A stretch of 64,000 bases of DNA from Octopus sinensis (GCF_006345805.1 NC_042999.1:69378001-69442000), one strand, 5' to 3'; shown: positions 22,850 to 36,442, counted from the first letter of the stretch. Numbers and translations: made by a program. Notes: a model not told the origin generated them from the sequence alone.

Positions 22850-23020
22850 GAAGATACGTGTTCAAAGACATTTCAGTCGTGACCATCCAAGTTTATTTCC
22901 AGATATATCTACGACTTCACAATGTCTATTAAATATTTAAGGAGTTGAGGGAGATATGAAGAATATTTAAATACTATTTCCAGCAGATCGAGTCACTACC
23001 TAGAGGCTCCCTCGTCCGCT
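22850..23020 (+). mobile_element. Unclassified interspersed repeat family E (also about 4390-4480, 12310-12400, 34900-35140, 48055-48260)
   Basis: Shared ttcc/ttcagtcgtgaccatc..ctatttc(t/c)agca..tcga..gaggctccct motifs at five or more loci. Confidence 0.55.
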
Positions 23021-23029
23021 CGATTTTGT

Positions 23030-23352
23030 TTCAGTCATAAGCACCACCTTGAAGAACTTTTAGTAGAACGATTCAACCCCACTACTTATTCTGACGGCTT
23101 CTTTTGCCGAGCCGCTAAGTTACGGGGACATAAATACACCAACACCGGTTGTCAAGCGGTGGTAGGGGACAAACACACACACACATACAGGCATTGAACG
23201 GGCTTCCTTCAGTTTCTGTCAACCAAATCCACTCACAAGGCTTTGGTCGATCCGTGGCTGTAGTAAAAGATATTTCCTCAAGGTGCCACGCAGTGAGCCG
23301 AAACCGGAAACATGTGATTGGGAAACAAACTTCTAACCACACAGCCACACCT
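23030..23352 (-). mobile_element. SINE family B
   Basis: Reverse complement of the B consensus. Confidence 0.85.
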
Positions 23353-23649
23353 TCAAAGCAACGACAATACAATGGAAGGGAGTGTTTGATAATTTTAAGT
23401 GAATACGTTCTTAAGGTTGGAGCTGATTTTTAGCTTTAGGCTTCTATAACAACTTTAAAATAGCCCTCACCTCCTGTCATCAGTATGACACCAACCTATC
23501 ACATGTTGCCCTCGGTGAGGCTTAGGATAACAATTTTAAGGTTCAAGGGAGTGCAATGTAGGGTTTTCCAGTAGGTGTAGGATCCCAAGCGATTAAGTGG
23601 AAAGTCATTAGATATACCCCTGGGCCCTCACAAATTTTTCTAGCCCAGT

Positions 23650-24065
23650 GTTATTAAAAAAGCCCAGCTCGTAGATAGCAGAATCAACTACAGAAACAAG
23701 AAAACACCTGAAGCGTAAATAAATCCACAATGTATGAGATGGTTGTCTGATGATCTATCTACTGGACCAACTCGTCTTTTAATAACCCCTTGTATTGGTG
23801 TCAACTGACAAACACAGATTATACTAGACCCCATACAAGAGAGCATGGCCCAACCACAAGGGAAAGAAGACATTTATGGACCACTGATAAGGAGTTTGCA
23901 AATCCAGTACCCAAAATACACCTTCAGTGTTATACCTATTATTATTATTATTATTAAAGCAATAGAACACGTACCAGCCCACCTGGAATAAAGTAAAGCT
24001 GAACTTCAGTTCTTGGGGACAGAATGCAAATCCTTAATTAAAATGACCACGAGGTCCTTTGCTGC
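23650..24065 (+). mobile_element. R4/Dong-like LINE endonuclease fragment, degraded
   Basis: KEDIYGPLIRSLQIQYPKYTFSVIPII..TECKSLIK resembles the RLE C-terminus. Confidence 0.55.
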
Positions 24066-24199
24066 ACAAACTTGCAATCAAGCTTCCTTGTACGAAGAAT
24101 TCATAAATTGTTAAAAAAAAAAAGAAACTGCTGCAGTCGATGACATTTAAAGGACTAACAACAACTCTATCCGCACAGCTATCGATAAGAACTTTTATT

Positions 24200-24485
24200 T
24201 TTAAGTGGCATTCCGACGTGTACGATAAATGGAACTGTCTGCTCGTGAAGTTAACGCGAAATTTATTCCACAAACACGCGTGCCCTTAACGCAGTTCAAG
24301 GAGATACAGCATGAATCAGGGAGATACAACGTGACACAGAGTGTGACAAGGCTGGCTCCTTTTGAAATACAGGTACATTTTTGCCAGGTAGGTGGACTGG
24401 AACAACGTGAAATAAAGTATCTTGCTCAAGGACACAGCACCCCGCCAGAAATCTAACTTATGACCACTAAACTACTCACGTTCAC
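24200..24485 (-). mobile_element. CORE-like SINE with family C tail, degraded
   Basis: gtgtccttgagcaagatactttatttcacgttg plus C-type tail. Confidence 0.7.
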
Positions 24486-24784
24486 CGATGAGAACTGAAG
24501 CAAAGAATTAGGTTATCGGCAAGAACACATCCCGGTGACAGCTTGTCTAAAGCATTATTCATCCTGGCAGTGTCGCTCTTATTTATGTTGAAGAAATGCA
24601 AAGGAGTTCTAGGACAATTACCCCTAAGGACAACAGATGGCGATTTAAAACTTCTTAATATATTGGAGAGGTGGTAATTAACCAAGAGTAGGTAATTGTC
24701 CTAGGGAGTAGTTGTAGTCGGGTGGGGGTAATTGTCCTAGCGGGGTATATTGTCCTGATACGATGCAAAGGCTGCACCTTTGAG

Positions 24785-25302
24785 CAGTGGTTTCCAACCT
24801 GTGATCCGCAGACCCCTGATGGCCCGCAAAGGTAGTACTGGGGGTCCGTGAACTAAATTAAAAATTCCACACACACATATATACGGCACTCCGTCGGTTA
24901 CAACGACGAGGCGCCCAGTTGTTCCGATCAGCGGAACTGCCTGCTCGTGAAATTAACGTGTAAGTGACTGACCACTCCACAGACACGTGTACCCTTAACG
25001 CAGTTCTCAGGAAGATTCAGCGTGATACAGAATGTGACATGGCTGGCCCTTTGAAATACAGGTACTACTCATTTTTGCCAGCTGAGTAGACTGGAGCAAC
25101 GTGAAATAAAGTGTCTTGCTCAAGGACACAACGCGTTGCTAGGAATTGAACTCACCACCTTACAATCGTGAGCCGAATGCCCTAACCACCAAGCCACGCG
25201 CCTTCACATATATACATAAGGATAAGCATATTAAAAGGGGTCCATGGGAAAACTCACTTAAATAAAAGGGGCCCTTGGTAGTGAAAAGGTTGGGAATCAG
25301 TG
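24785..25302. mobile_element. hAT (Charlie-like) MITE interrupted by a SINE
   Basis: TIRs CAGTGGTTTCCAACC / GGTTGGGAATCAGTG; 8-bp TSD CCTTTGAG / CCTTAGAG. Confidence 0.8.
24885..25208 (-). mobile_element. CORE-like SINE (different tRNA head) with family C tail, nested in the hAT MITE
   Basis: Head gaaggcgcgtggcttggtggttaggg; ttgtgtccttgagcaagacac; tail ccgacggagtgcc. Confidence 0.85.
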
Positions 25303-25337
25303 CCTTAGAGTTTACAGATGAGAGAAAAGATTGTCTT

Positions 25338-25660
25338 TTATCCTTTACATGTTTCAGTCTTTAGACTGCGGCCATGTTGGAGCACTGATTGGAAGAATTT
25401 TTAGTTAAATGAATCGACTCCAGTATTTACTTTTTCAAGCTTGGTATTTATTCTATTGGTCTCTTTTGCCGAATCGCTAAGTTACGGGGACGTAAACACA
25501 CCAACACCCGTTGTCAAGCGGTGGTAGGAGACAAACACAATATCTCTCTCTCTCTCTCTCTCGCACACACACACACACACTCACACACACACACAGAATG
25601 GTGCTGAACCCGGAACCATGTAGTCGGGAACAAAACTCTTTACGACGCAGCTACACCTGC
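25338..25660 (-). mobile_element. SINE family B, internally deleted
   Basis: B tail and head joined across a (CT)/(CA) tract. Confidence 0.75.
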
Positions 25661-26016
25661 ACAATAATTCAGCACCTTTAATGCTCAAAATTGTTTCAGG
25701 TGTTTATCAGGCCCTTGGATAGCCACACAGGTTTCCTCATCAGGGATCAATACTGACCATTATGCCGACCCCTGCTCTGGAGAAAGCCATTAAAAAAAGA
25801 CATTGAATACCTTGGTTTTTCTTTGTCGATTTCAAAGAATCGATTATTATTAAATAATATTAATAAGCAAAACAGAATGGCTTAATAACAAAATTCATAA
25901 ATAAATCAATATTCTGACGTATATAAAACTAAATGACAGCATAAAATGCATAGACAAGCGCCCACTTGGACCACATATGGCACTAATAATTTCAATACGT
26001 GAATAGTAGTTGTAGT

Positions 26017-26385
26017 GTGGAGGCGCAATGGCCCAGTGGTTAGGGCAGCAGACTGCTGGTCGTAGATCGCAGTTTCGATTCTCAGATCGGGCGTTGTGAG
26101 TGTTTATTGAGCTATAACACCTAAAGCTCCACGAGGCTCCGGCAAGGGTGATGGCAAAGTCTGCTGTATTCTTCCGCCACAATTTTCTCTCACTCTTTCT
26201 TCATGTTTCTGTTGTATCTCTGTTTCAAAGGGGCAAGCCTTGTCACACTGTGTCACGCTGAATCTGCCCCGAGAACTACATTAAGGGCACACGTGTCTCT
26301 GGAGTGCTCAGCCACTTACACGTTAATTTCACGAGCAAGCTGTTCCGTTCATCATATCAACTGGAACCCTCGTCGTCGTAACCGT
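26017..26385 (+). mobile_element. SINE family C, full length
   Basis: Same as 9497-9847. Confidence 0.9.
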
Positions 26386-26520
26386 CAGAGAACGACGGGT
26401 AGTAGTAATAGTAGTAGTAGCGGTGGTGGTGGTGGTAATCTGTGACGCTTGCAATCTTTTTAAATATTCTTAAAGATGAATTCGTTCTGTTTTGATAAAA
26501 GTTTACTTGAAAAAACTGAC

Positions 26521-26737
26521 TTAACCATTTAGCGTTTAAACTGGCCATATCTGGCCCAAATATTCCACCTATTTTATATTTAAAATGGCCCTGATCTAGC
26601 TTCTCACATCTACCCTACAAAGCCATTCTTAAAATAAACAATGACAACGTCGAAATTTCGAAGCTACAAGATAATCCACGATTAATTCAAAATAATGTGA
26701 AGAAATAAGCATTAGGTTTGACAATAATCTGAATGCT
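26521..26737. mobile_element. Probable piggyBac-type MITE lacking the right terminus
   Basis: TTAA-CCATTTAGCGTTTAAA on the left; inner TIR match tctgaatgct on the right without AAAGGG-TTAA. Confidence 0.5.
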
Positions 26738-27158
26738 CATTGTTGACGGAGGGAATTTCATTCAGATATTTAAAAAAAAAACTAAGCCTTGGTCCTTATT
26801 TTAGTGAAATCAGTGGGGGTTTTGTAAAATAATCTCTTATCATTTACTTGTTTCAGTCATTGGACTGAGGCCGTGCTGAAATACCACCTAGAAGGGGTTT
26901 TAGTTGAACAGATCGAACCTAGTCGTATCGAATCTAGCAATTAAATACGAATATATTGTGTATGTAGACGTAATGTTTATATTATTTGTAACTTACATTG
27001 TTGGTTTCCTACCACCACTTCGCATTCTTTATTTTTCCGGTGACAGACTAACGTCCGAAACGTCTGGCCTTCTTTATAAGCGTTAAACTAATGAAACATT
27101 TGTTATAAGTTATCCCCCACGAGTATCTTTTTTGTGTTCATTGTTTAATAACTACATA

Positions 27159-27360
27159 CATATTGGGTCTTCCCATAGATAATGCGGATTTTTCATTTGC
27201 ATGAACTAAAAATCGGAGGGGTCGGAATAAATTACCTGCATCAACTTGCTATAAAAGCAGGTAGTAATTTTACCTTGTACTTATTCTTAGTGCAAGATTT
27301 AAAGAGTGCGGTTCGATTTTTTCAAAGTTATAATAAAAGTGACAAAGAAGCATATTTTGC
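27159..27360 (+). mobile_element. Mariner 5' fragment, same family as 7317-8565
   Basis: tattgggtcttcccatagataatgcgg TIR and 5'UTR similarity. Confidence 0.85.
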
Positions 27361-27962
27361 CGTGTGAATTTTCCGAAACTCCTCACTCTACCCCCATCGG
27401 AAAAATTCTTTCCCATAAATTCCTATATACTTTGAAGCCACAATATCTAAGCGATATTTGTAGAAAATTGTGTTAAAAAGTATCCAATTTTCTGGTTGTT
27501 ATGAAGCAACAAAGTCGGGGCGTATACATCTGTAGTAATGCCTATTTTTTTAAAACGATTTTTTCATTTCATATTTATTTCATTCATTGTTTGCAATGTT
27601 CTCTTTCTTTCTCACGCACTCACACTGTAAAGCTTACAGATGGGCTGCTGAATTGAAATCTCTATGTTGCTTTGAGGTGAAGGTAAAACTTGACAAACTG
27701 TTGTTGGACTACCGTGATGTTTGTTTAATAAAGAGAGATTATGACTGATAAAATAATGAAAGCAATATTTACTAGGCAAGTGAGCGCTATTATACAAAGA
27801 AATAATTAGACGTAAAATCTAAAAATTATTAGAATTGGGAATCAAATGTGAAAATATCAAGGGGCTAGCAGAAAACCACCCGGAGGGCAGTCTTACTGCT
27901 AGTTTTTATCAACTTGAAATATTAGTTTTTACATTTACACATCTGTTGAAATGAACAAAAAG

Positions 27963-28478
27963 TACTGGGTCTGATAAAAAAGTAATGGGATTGTTGTTAT
28001 GGTAACGGAGTTAAAGTACGCATTGTGAAACAGCTTGGTACAGATTGATCTTGAACTCTGTCGCACATACACACTAAGTTATAATGTTCTCACTCACTTC
28101 CATTGTTTATTGCAGCAGTACTTGGAAGTAGAGTGTGGTTGTCTCACCATACCTCAGCGGTTCCATCACTGACCATGGCAGAGAAACTGCATCGAATTTT
28201 GCCAAAAGCTTGGTGACACCTGCGCTTTTCCCTTTTTCAAATCCCACTTGAAAAACTAGATTTCAAAACCCAGAGAAAATCTAAGAAAGCGCAACGATCA
28301 GCTGCTCGCCATTCCAAAAAAGGAGTTCCAGGAATGCTTCCATCGATGGAAACAACACTGGATAAAGTGTGTGTCTTCAAAAGGGAACTACTTCGAAGGA
28401 GCTTAAATGCTGGATTGATATGTGTTGTAGTTTTCTTTTCATAGCACCAATCCTTGTACTTCTTGCTCAGACCTCGTA
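27963..28478 (+). mobile_element. Internally deleted mariner (second subfamily)
   Basis: TIRs tactgggtctgataaaaaagta / tacttcttgctcagacctcgta; fragments CIEFCQKLGDT and IPKKEFQECFHRWKQHWIKCVSSKGNYFEG. Confidence 0.75.
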
Positions 28479-29554
28479 TTCTAGAGACATCGAATGGATA
28501 AAGTACAAGTTTTCGCTGCATTATACACTAAATAGTAATATGAAGATGGTTCGTTATTACTGAGAACAAATTAAGCAGACAGAATAACAATGTCTTGTCA
28601 CAAAGGTGACTCACATAGTCTCTAGTAAGATAAGGATTATTCTTGTCAGAATAAGTAGAAAAAGTGAGAACACCTATGATTGAACTGAATGACATACCTC
28701 TGTGTAGCATCAGAGGTCGTTCTATCGAGATATCCAAAATTCCAGCTTTTTATAGCCTTCAGCGGAGTTTCTAGAATGTTCAATCAAACTATTTGGCAGG
28801 AAGGTTCCAGCTCGGTCACACACCAGCTGATTTGATTACCTGAGCTAAGTTCGCATAGGCATTAGTACCTTTTTATGGCAACACAATTTTTTCATAACTG
28901 GCCTTGTTTTTATGGCAATATCGTAGGCTGTGGTCCTCAGCCGTGGAAGATGAGCAATGTGATTCAAGACTTTGTAGGAGTTTTGCTACAATCTATTTTT
29001 TTAATTCTTATTTATTTTAATTTGTCCTTCTTCGCTTCCCGAGAATATATTTGAAATTCTGAGCAGTTTTCTTGTCCGTTGTATCTGATGATACTAAACG
29101 TTAAACCGTTAGCCACAAAGAGATTAAATATCAGACGGTATGTTCACAAAATGTCTATACACAATATTTTCGTTGGACTTCACTCAACAAACTTTACCTG
29201 ACAAAAAATATTTTTGTCATTTATTGTTAAAACTACAGTCGCTCTTAATCTTGTGGTTGTTGTTGATCTTTTCCTTCTCTTTCTACTCTACCCGCCCCAT
29301 CCTCTCTTAATCACCATCATACCTGGAATCTCGTAGCGTTTCAAATCCAAGAATTTCGTGCTTCACCGTTAGGACACGTCACCAACACTGGGCACACTAC
29401 GAGAAAACAAACCTCCACTACTACCAGATGATTCGCCGTGGTGTTTTGTGAAGGTTAAGAGGGGACGTTGAGAATGCCACAAGAATTTTACTTATGGTTA
29501 AAGGAGAAAGCTAAATAGATAGATAGAAATAAGTAGCTAGGTAAGTAGGTATGT

Positions 29555-29795
<241 letters not shown>

Positions 29796-30042
29796 AAATA
29801 GAGGTAGAGAGGGAGGAGGAAGACAGGCCGGCAGTGGGGAGTCAGGTTGACATAAGGGAAAGTGTAAAAAAAAAGGAATTTAGCAGCAGATACCAAGAGA
29901 ACCAGAAATGTTGAGAAAAACAAATAGAGAGAGAAAGAAAGGGGGAGAGAGAGAGAAATAGAGAGAGAGAGAGACAGAGAGACAGAGATTGGACATGAAG
30001 TAGACATAGGAAATTGGAGAATGTGTAGGTGTGCGTGCGTGT

Positions 30043-30080
<38 letters not shown>

Positions 30081-30370
30081 ATGTGCGTGTGTGAGTGTAC
30101 ATAAGTGAGTTGTTTCTATTTTTTTTTTGCTTTATTTTTTTAGTGTTTGTTGTGTTTGTGTGTGAGTGCATATTTCTGAGTGTGTATTTGCGAATGCGTG
30201 TGCGTGTGACAAAAACATAAACATTAACATAGACAGGTAAACAAAGTGTGTGTGTGTGTAATACATGTGTATGCATTTGTGTGGATGTATATTTACGTAA
30301 CTATGTATGGCGAATATAAATCCACGAAACGAGATAAGCAACAAATTAGTAAAAAGCAGTCAAAGGATGT

Positions 30371-30782
30371 GACGCGGGCGTGGCTGTGTGGTAAGAAGCT
30401 TGCATCCCAACCATATGGTTTCGGGTTCAGTCCCGCTGCGTGGCACCTTGCGCAAATGTCTTCTACTATAGCCTCGGGCCGACCAAAGCTTTGTGAGTGG
30501 ATTTGGTAGACGGAAACTGGAAGAAGCCCGTCGTATATAAATGTATATATGTATGTGTGTGTGTGTATGTATATATATGTGTATGTGTGTCTGTGTTTGT
30601 CCCCGCCACCGTCGCTTGATAACCAATGTTGGTGTATTTACGCCCGAAACTGAACGGTTCAACTAAACAGATCGATAGAATAAGTACTAGGCTTACAAAG
30701 AATATGTCCTGGGGTCGATTCCTTCGGCTAAAGGCGGTGCTCCAGCACGGGCACAGTCAAATGACTGAAGTAAATAAAAGAA
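30371..30782 (+). mobile_element. SINE family B, full length
   Basis: Matches the B consensus. Confidence 0.9.
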
Positions 30783-30797
30783 TATGTGTGGGCGTGT

Positions 30798-31140
30798 GTG
30801 TGAAGGTGCATGGCACAGTGCTTAGAGCGTCTAATTCAAAATCATGAGATAGTGAGTTCGATTCCTGGACTAGTCTGTGTGTTGTGTTCTTTAGCAAGAC
30901 ACTTTATTTCACGTTGCTCCAATTCATTCAACTGTGGAAATGAGTTGTGACGTCACTGGTGCCATTCTGTATCGGCCCTTTTGCCTTTCCCTTGGATAAC
31001 ATCAGTGGTGTGGAGAGGGGAGGCTGGTATGCATGGGCGACTGCCGGTCTTCCACAAACACCCTTCTCCAGATATGTACCTTAGAGAGGAACTTTCTAGG
31101 TGCAATCCCATGGTCATTCATGACCGAATGGGGTCTTTAC
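30798..31140 (+). mobile_element. CORE-like SINE with a third tail type
   Basis: Head and agcaagacactttatttcacgttgctcc as in 24885-25208, then unrelated tail ending gaatggggtctttacc. Confidence 0.75.
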
Positions 31141-31145
31141 CCTCT

Positions 31146-31197
<52 letters not shown>

Positions 31198-31429
31198 CAT
31201 ATATACATGTATGTGTGTATACATCACAGAATCCGAAAAACTGGCCTTATGAGTCGATGATTCAGAAAAGAGCTGTGATCTGTTTTTTTATGTATTGTGT
31301 ATATATGTGTGTGTATATGATACTGATGGAAGTATGTATGTGCATGTATGCATGCATACATGTATGGCAGAATCGGTAGAGCGTCGGAAAAACTATCCTG
31401 CCATATTTGCTCTCTGCTCCTTTTCTGAA

Positions 31430-32455
31430 ATGATCAAAAACAGATTTACAAGAATTAGACAGAAAAACTAGGAAGTTACAACGCGTAAAGCATACCGCCT
31501 TAAAAATAATACTGACATATTCTACCGACCAAGAAAGGAAGGAGACGAAGGCTTCTTAAATATAGAAAGCACCATCTGTATTGCGATATTGGGGTTGAAG
31601 AACTAGGTCTTGTGTTTCGAAGAAAGATTATTTCCTGTATCGAGAAATATCAAAGAATTCATTGAAACAATGAAAGAATTCAAGATCACAAAAGAACAAC
31701 AGGACAAACAGCTGGAAAGATAAAGAACTATACAGCCAATTCGTGAAACAAATTGAATTTGCTTGGATTTAAAGATGCTAGTCGTGGCTGACGGTTGGAA
31801 ACCTGAAACAAGAAACTCACTCGCTGATTATAGCAGCTCAGGAACAAGCTGTTCGAAGGAATTTGATAAAGACAAAGACTGCTAAAACTCGGGGAGCAAA
31901 TGAAGAATATCGTTGGAAGAATACAAAAGACAAAAGTAGTAACCATCTCTTAAGTGAGTGCATTAAACTAACATAAAAAGAGTATAAACGCGGGAATGAC
32001 TTTGTGGGTTCGAAGTGCTGAAAAGTGATATGAACAGGAACCAGGCGCTGTGGTAGTTAATGATAATTAAAGGATTTCTCCATGAAGACTGACCATACTA
32101 CAGAAGCAAGGATCCCAGATATGATCGTATTTGACAGAAATAGCAAGGAGTGTAAGTTCGTAGACCTTGAAATGCCAAATGATAATTTGGTGAATGCCAT
32201 AGAAATTGAGAAAATTGAGAAATACCAGGACCTCAGCAGAGAGATGAAGAGAATATGGAAAATAAAAGTGGTAATTGTTTCTGCGATAACTTGGCACGAC
32301 ACGCAAACTGCAGTCTAAGAGACTGAAGGACATTTGAATTGGGACACGTATTGTTGACCTGCAGAGACGTGTAATTCTATATTCTTCAAGAATCTTAAGA
32401 AAGATTTTTGATATTTGAGGAGACATGTCGTCACCAACCGTCGTGATAACACCTG
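31430..32455 (+). mobile_element. R4/Dong-like LINE fragments (post-RT, zinc-knuckle and RLE regions)
   Basis: ELDRKTRK..YRPRKEGR, WLTVGNLKQETHSLIIAAQEQAV, RIPDMIVFDRNSKECKFVDLEMPND..EKIEKYQDL. Confidence 0.75.
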
Positions 32456-32494
32456 TGCTTATTAAATTAGCATGCCGTAACTTTTGTTAAAATA

Positions 32495-32945
32495 ATGGTT
32501 TCACATTTTGGCACAAGGCCAGTAATTTGTGGGGAGAGAATAAATCGATTACACAGACCACCCTCCCCCAGTATTCAGCTGGTACTTATTTCATCAACCC
32601 CCAAAAGATAAAAGGCAAGGTCAACCTCGGTGGAATTTGAACTCAGAACGTAAAGTACCAGAAGAAACGTAGCAAGCATTTTGTCCACTGTGCTAATGGT
32701 TCTGCTAGCTCACTGCCTTAACAACAACAATCCTTTCTACTATAGGCACAAGACCTGAAATTTTGGAGAAGGGGATTAAGTCCATTACATCGACCCCAGT
32801 ACGTAACTGGTACTTATTTAATCAACCCCGAAAGGATGAAAGGCAAAGTCGACTTCGGCGGAATTTGAACTCAGAACGTAAAGACAGACGAAGTATCGCT
32901 AAGCATTTCGCCCGGCGTGCTAATGATTCTGCCAGCTTGCCGCCT
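32495..32945 (-). mobile_element. Two adjacent SINE family A copies (tail types 2 and 3)
   Basis: 32495-32717 and 32733-32945, both reverse-complement A bodies. Confidence 0.85.
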
Positions 32946-32989
32946 TAACAACAACAACAACAAAACAACAACAACAAAACAACAACAAC

Positions 32990-33019
<30 letters not shown>

Positions 33020-33020
<1 letters not shown>

Positions 33021-33555
33021 CGGATATTGTTGTGAAAGACCAGAACAATAAAGTCTGTTTATTGATTGACATGAGCATACCATGTGACCATGATATCTCG
33101 GCAAAAGGAATTGATAGGCTCAGGAAATATAAAGATTTGCTTATCGAAATCGAAAAGATGTGGCATCTCAAAACGGTTACAATACCAGTGATTCTAGAAG
33201 CACTTGGAATGATAAAAAAAGGAACTGAAAATTATTTAAGTATAATCCCTGGCTTACCATCCATGCAGGAAGTGCAAAAAATTGTCTTAACTACCATACT
33301 GAGAAGACCATTGTCACTGTGAATTTTATTTCCTTTTTTCCCCTTTATTTTCTTTGTTTACTTTTATATTTTTCCTTTTTTTCCTTTTCCCTCTGTCTTC
33401 CTTCCCGGTTTTCTCTATCACATGACTTTGTAAATGAAGGATCTGGTGTGTTTATTTTAATGGCCTACCAATGTATACAAAGCGTTTCACTGTCCTAGGT
33501 GTCAGGTAGACACTCGGTAAGAAATGGAAATAGAATTGAAAGAAGATGATAACAA
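33020..33555 (+). mobile_element. R4/Dong-like LINE 3' end (RLE plus UTR)
   Basis: KVCLLIDMSIPCDHDISAKGIDRLRKYKDLLIEIEKMWHLKTVTIPVILEALG. Confidence 0.75.
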
Positions 33556-33725
33556 TGTTTTCAAATTTTGCCACAACGGCAGCCTTTTGGGGAAGGGGAT
33601 GAGTCGATTACATCGACCCCAGTGTTCGATTGGTACGTAATTTATCGACCGCGTAAGGATGAAAAGCAAAGTCGACCTCGGCGGAATTTGAACTCAAAAC
33701 GGAGCGACGGGCGAAATACTGTGAA
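33555..33725 (-). mobile_element. SINE family A
   Basis: A body, reverse complement. Confidence 0.8.
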
Positions 33726-34109
33726 GGAGGCTGTAGAAAATTTATTAACAGTAATAAATAGTTTGTCCTTATCTAATACAAGCCGAAGTTAACAAATTCA
33801 TCATTCAAAATAGTTCCAAAGGAAGAGGTAATAATAACAAGTTCTACTTAGGAATTTTTAAATGAATAGCATGAGACCTTTTGGTTTTCTCTTCACTTAA
33901 ATTCCTGCCTTCCTTTAGTATTCCTGTTGTTGTAGATCGATGGATAGATGTATGTATATATGTAAGTATACTGTAATCTGTTAATATGTATGTATAATAT
34001 ATAATATATATATATTATAAAAATATGTTAGTGTTATTTAATTTCTGAACGGTTTTGCTGCCATTTGTTTATGTAGTTTGATTTATTTATCTATCAGTTT
34101 CTACTAAAA

Positions 34110-34432
34110 TAGAGACACGAGTAAAATTAATAATAGAGAAACGAAAAGAAAACTTTAGAAACAGCCAAAAGCGAGATAACTGAGAAAGACTTGAAAGTCA
34201 ACGTAAGATCGTAATCATGTAAAGTAAAGTAAATATAACAAATAATCCAGAATCCTTGTCCGGTACTGGATCGATCCCAAAATTTAATCAGTTCGTGCCA
34301 ACTACGGGGCCAAACATTCCTGAAAGTTTCTTCTGAATCCATCCAGCGGTTCTTAAGATATCTTGTCTACGGACAAACAAACAAACACGACTGAAAACAA
34401 TACCTCCGCCTTCGCTAAGGCGGAGGCAATAA
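34110..34432 (+). mobile_element. Probable Helentron/HINE-like non-autonomous element with a terminal GC hairpin
   Basis: CCTCCGCCTT-CGCT-AAGGCGGAGG perfect 10-bp stem at 34403-34426, preceded by (CAAA)n and aaaacaatac. Confidence 0.45.
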
Positions 34433-34435
34433 TAC

Positions 34436-34640
34436 TTTCCACTATAGGCACAGACCAGAAACTTTGGGCGAAGGGTCTAGTCGATTATATCGACCACAGT
34501 GTTTCACTGGTACTTATTTCATCAACCCCGAAAGGATTAAAGGCAAAGTCGACCTCTGCGGAATTCGAACTCTGAACGAAAGGACGGACGAAATGCCACA
34601 AAGCACTTCGCCCGGCGTGCTAACGATTCTGCCAGCTTGC
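34436..34640 (-). mobile_element. SINE family A (tail type 3)
   Basis: A body plus gtgcctatagtggaaag tail. Confidence 0.8.
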
Positions 34641-35369
34641 TGCTTTTATATAACAACAACAACAGCAATAATAATAACAATTTCTGACACCAAACTAGCA
34701 AGCGAAAGGCTCTAGTGAAGTCAACGTGAAGCTGACATCAGTGATATTAAAAAGTGAAACATAAAATATTCTGTTTGACGCTGTGACGTTTCTCACATTC
34801 TATCTTTTTCAAAATGATTTCTAACAAAGAACCATCTTGTCTCTTCGATATTTTTCCCATTTTCAAGTCGATAGGGTGGGATTCATGAGAGGTTTGGCGG
34901 TTATATATAAGTATTTTGTTTAGACACCAGTCAGCTTTGATTTAACAGACCCATGGTCAAAGTTATTCCAGCCACGACTATCCAGCCTTATTCTACTCAG
35001 GCGTATTGTTTCCAGGTCATATCATCCAAAGTGTCGTTCGTTTTTGCTTTTCTTTTGATTTTTAAAGTAGCAAGGAAGATTTAGCTTCTATTTCTGTCAT
35101 GTCGAACGACTACGGAGAGGATCCCTGATTTGCTGTTAGCTAAGACTGTGCCAACAGCTGGTCCCAAGAGATCGATTGGAGGAAACAATTTAGAATGAAG
35201 ATTGTCAGATAGTCACAAATGCACGAATGGAGATAAGTAAGACAAGGAAGCACTTCGTGAGGATGTTGAAATAAACGAAATAAACGACTAAAGCCCTTGT
35301 ATTAACAAATACAAGCGGTAATAGGCGCAATAAAATATCGATTTGTGACTCAATTACTAAGCTGCTAAC

Positions 35370-36153
35370 AAGTATGTATGTGTATGTATATATGTGTGTA
35401 TGTGTATGTATATGTGTGTATGTATGCGTATGTATGTACGCACGTATATGTGTACGTTTGTATGTATGTATGTGTATGTATGTGTATGTATGTAGATGCA
35501 CGTATATATATAGGTGTGTGTATGTATATATGTGTATGTATGTACGTACCTATGTGTGTGTACGCATGTATGTATATATGTATGTATATGCACGTATGTG
35601 TATATGTATATATGTGTGTGTATGTATATATCTGTGTGTGCATGTACGAATGTGCGTGTATGTACGTACAAATGTGTGTACGCATGTATATATGTGTGTA
35701 TGTATATATATGCACTTACGTGTGTGTACGTATGTATGTATATATGAATGTACGCATGTATGTAGATGGACGTATATATATATATATATATATATGTGTG
35801 TGGTGTGTGTGTGTGTGTGTGCGTGTGTGTGTCTGTGTATGTATATAAGTGTGTATGTATGTAGGTATGTATGTATGTACGTACGTATATGTGTATGTAT
35901 GTATATATGTATGTACGCATGTATGTGTGTATGTATGTAGATGCACGTATATATATATGTGTGTGTGTACGCATGTATGTATATGCACGTATATATGTGC
36001 ATGTATGTGTGTATGCATATCTGTGTGTATGTGTGCACGTACGTATGTGTGTGTACGTATGTGTATGTACGCATGTATGTATATATGTATGTACGCATTT
36101 ATATGCATGTATGTATGCGTGTGTATATATGTGTGTATATGTATGTGTGTGTA

Positions 36154-36185
<32 letters not shown>

Positions 36186-36190
36186 TGACA
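35370..36190. repeat. About 820 bp cryptic (TATG)/(TG)/(TACG) microsatellite field
   Basis: Direct reading; source of the 278 and 318 aa low-complexity ORFs. Confidence 0.95.
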
Positions 36191-36289
36191 CAAAATCCTC
36201 TGGTCTCAGTAAGTCTACAAACACCACGACTACCGTCTCTTCCTTGTCACAAGCCATTAAATAGAAAAGCTGTGGCATTCATTATCGCC

Positions 36290-36290
36290 T

Positions 36291-36357
<67 letters not shown>

Positions 36358-36389
36358 TGTTGGTGGTGGTAGTAGTGGTGGTGGTGGTG

Positions 36390-36442
<53 letters not shown>

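Noticed and set aside
27030-27070. Other hammerhead-like words (27040, 46240, 48360, 63645)
   Set aside because: Each has a broken core box or stem. They are probably decayed pLTRs and are not called as ribozymes.
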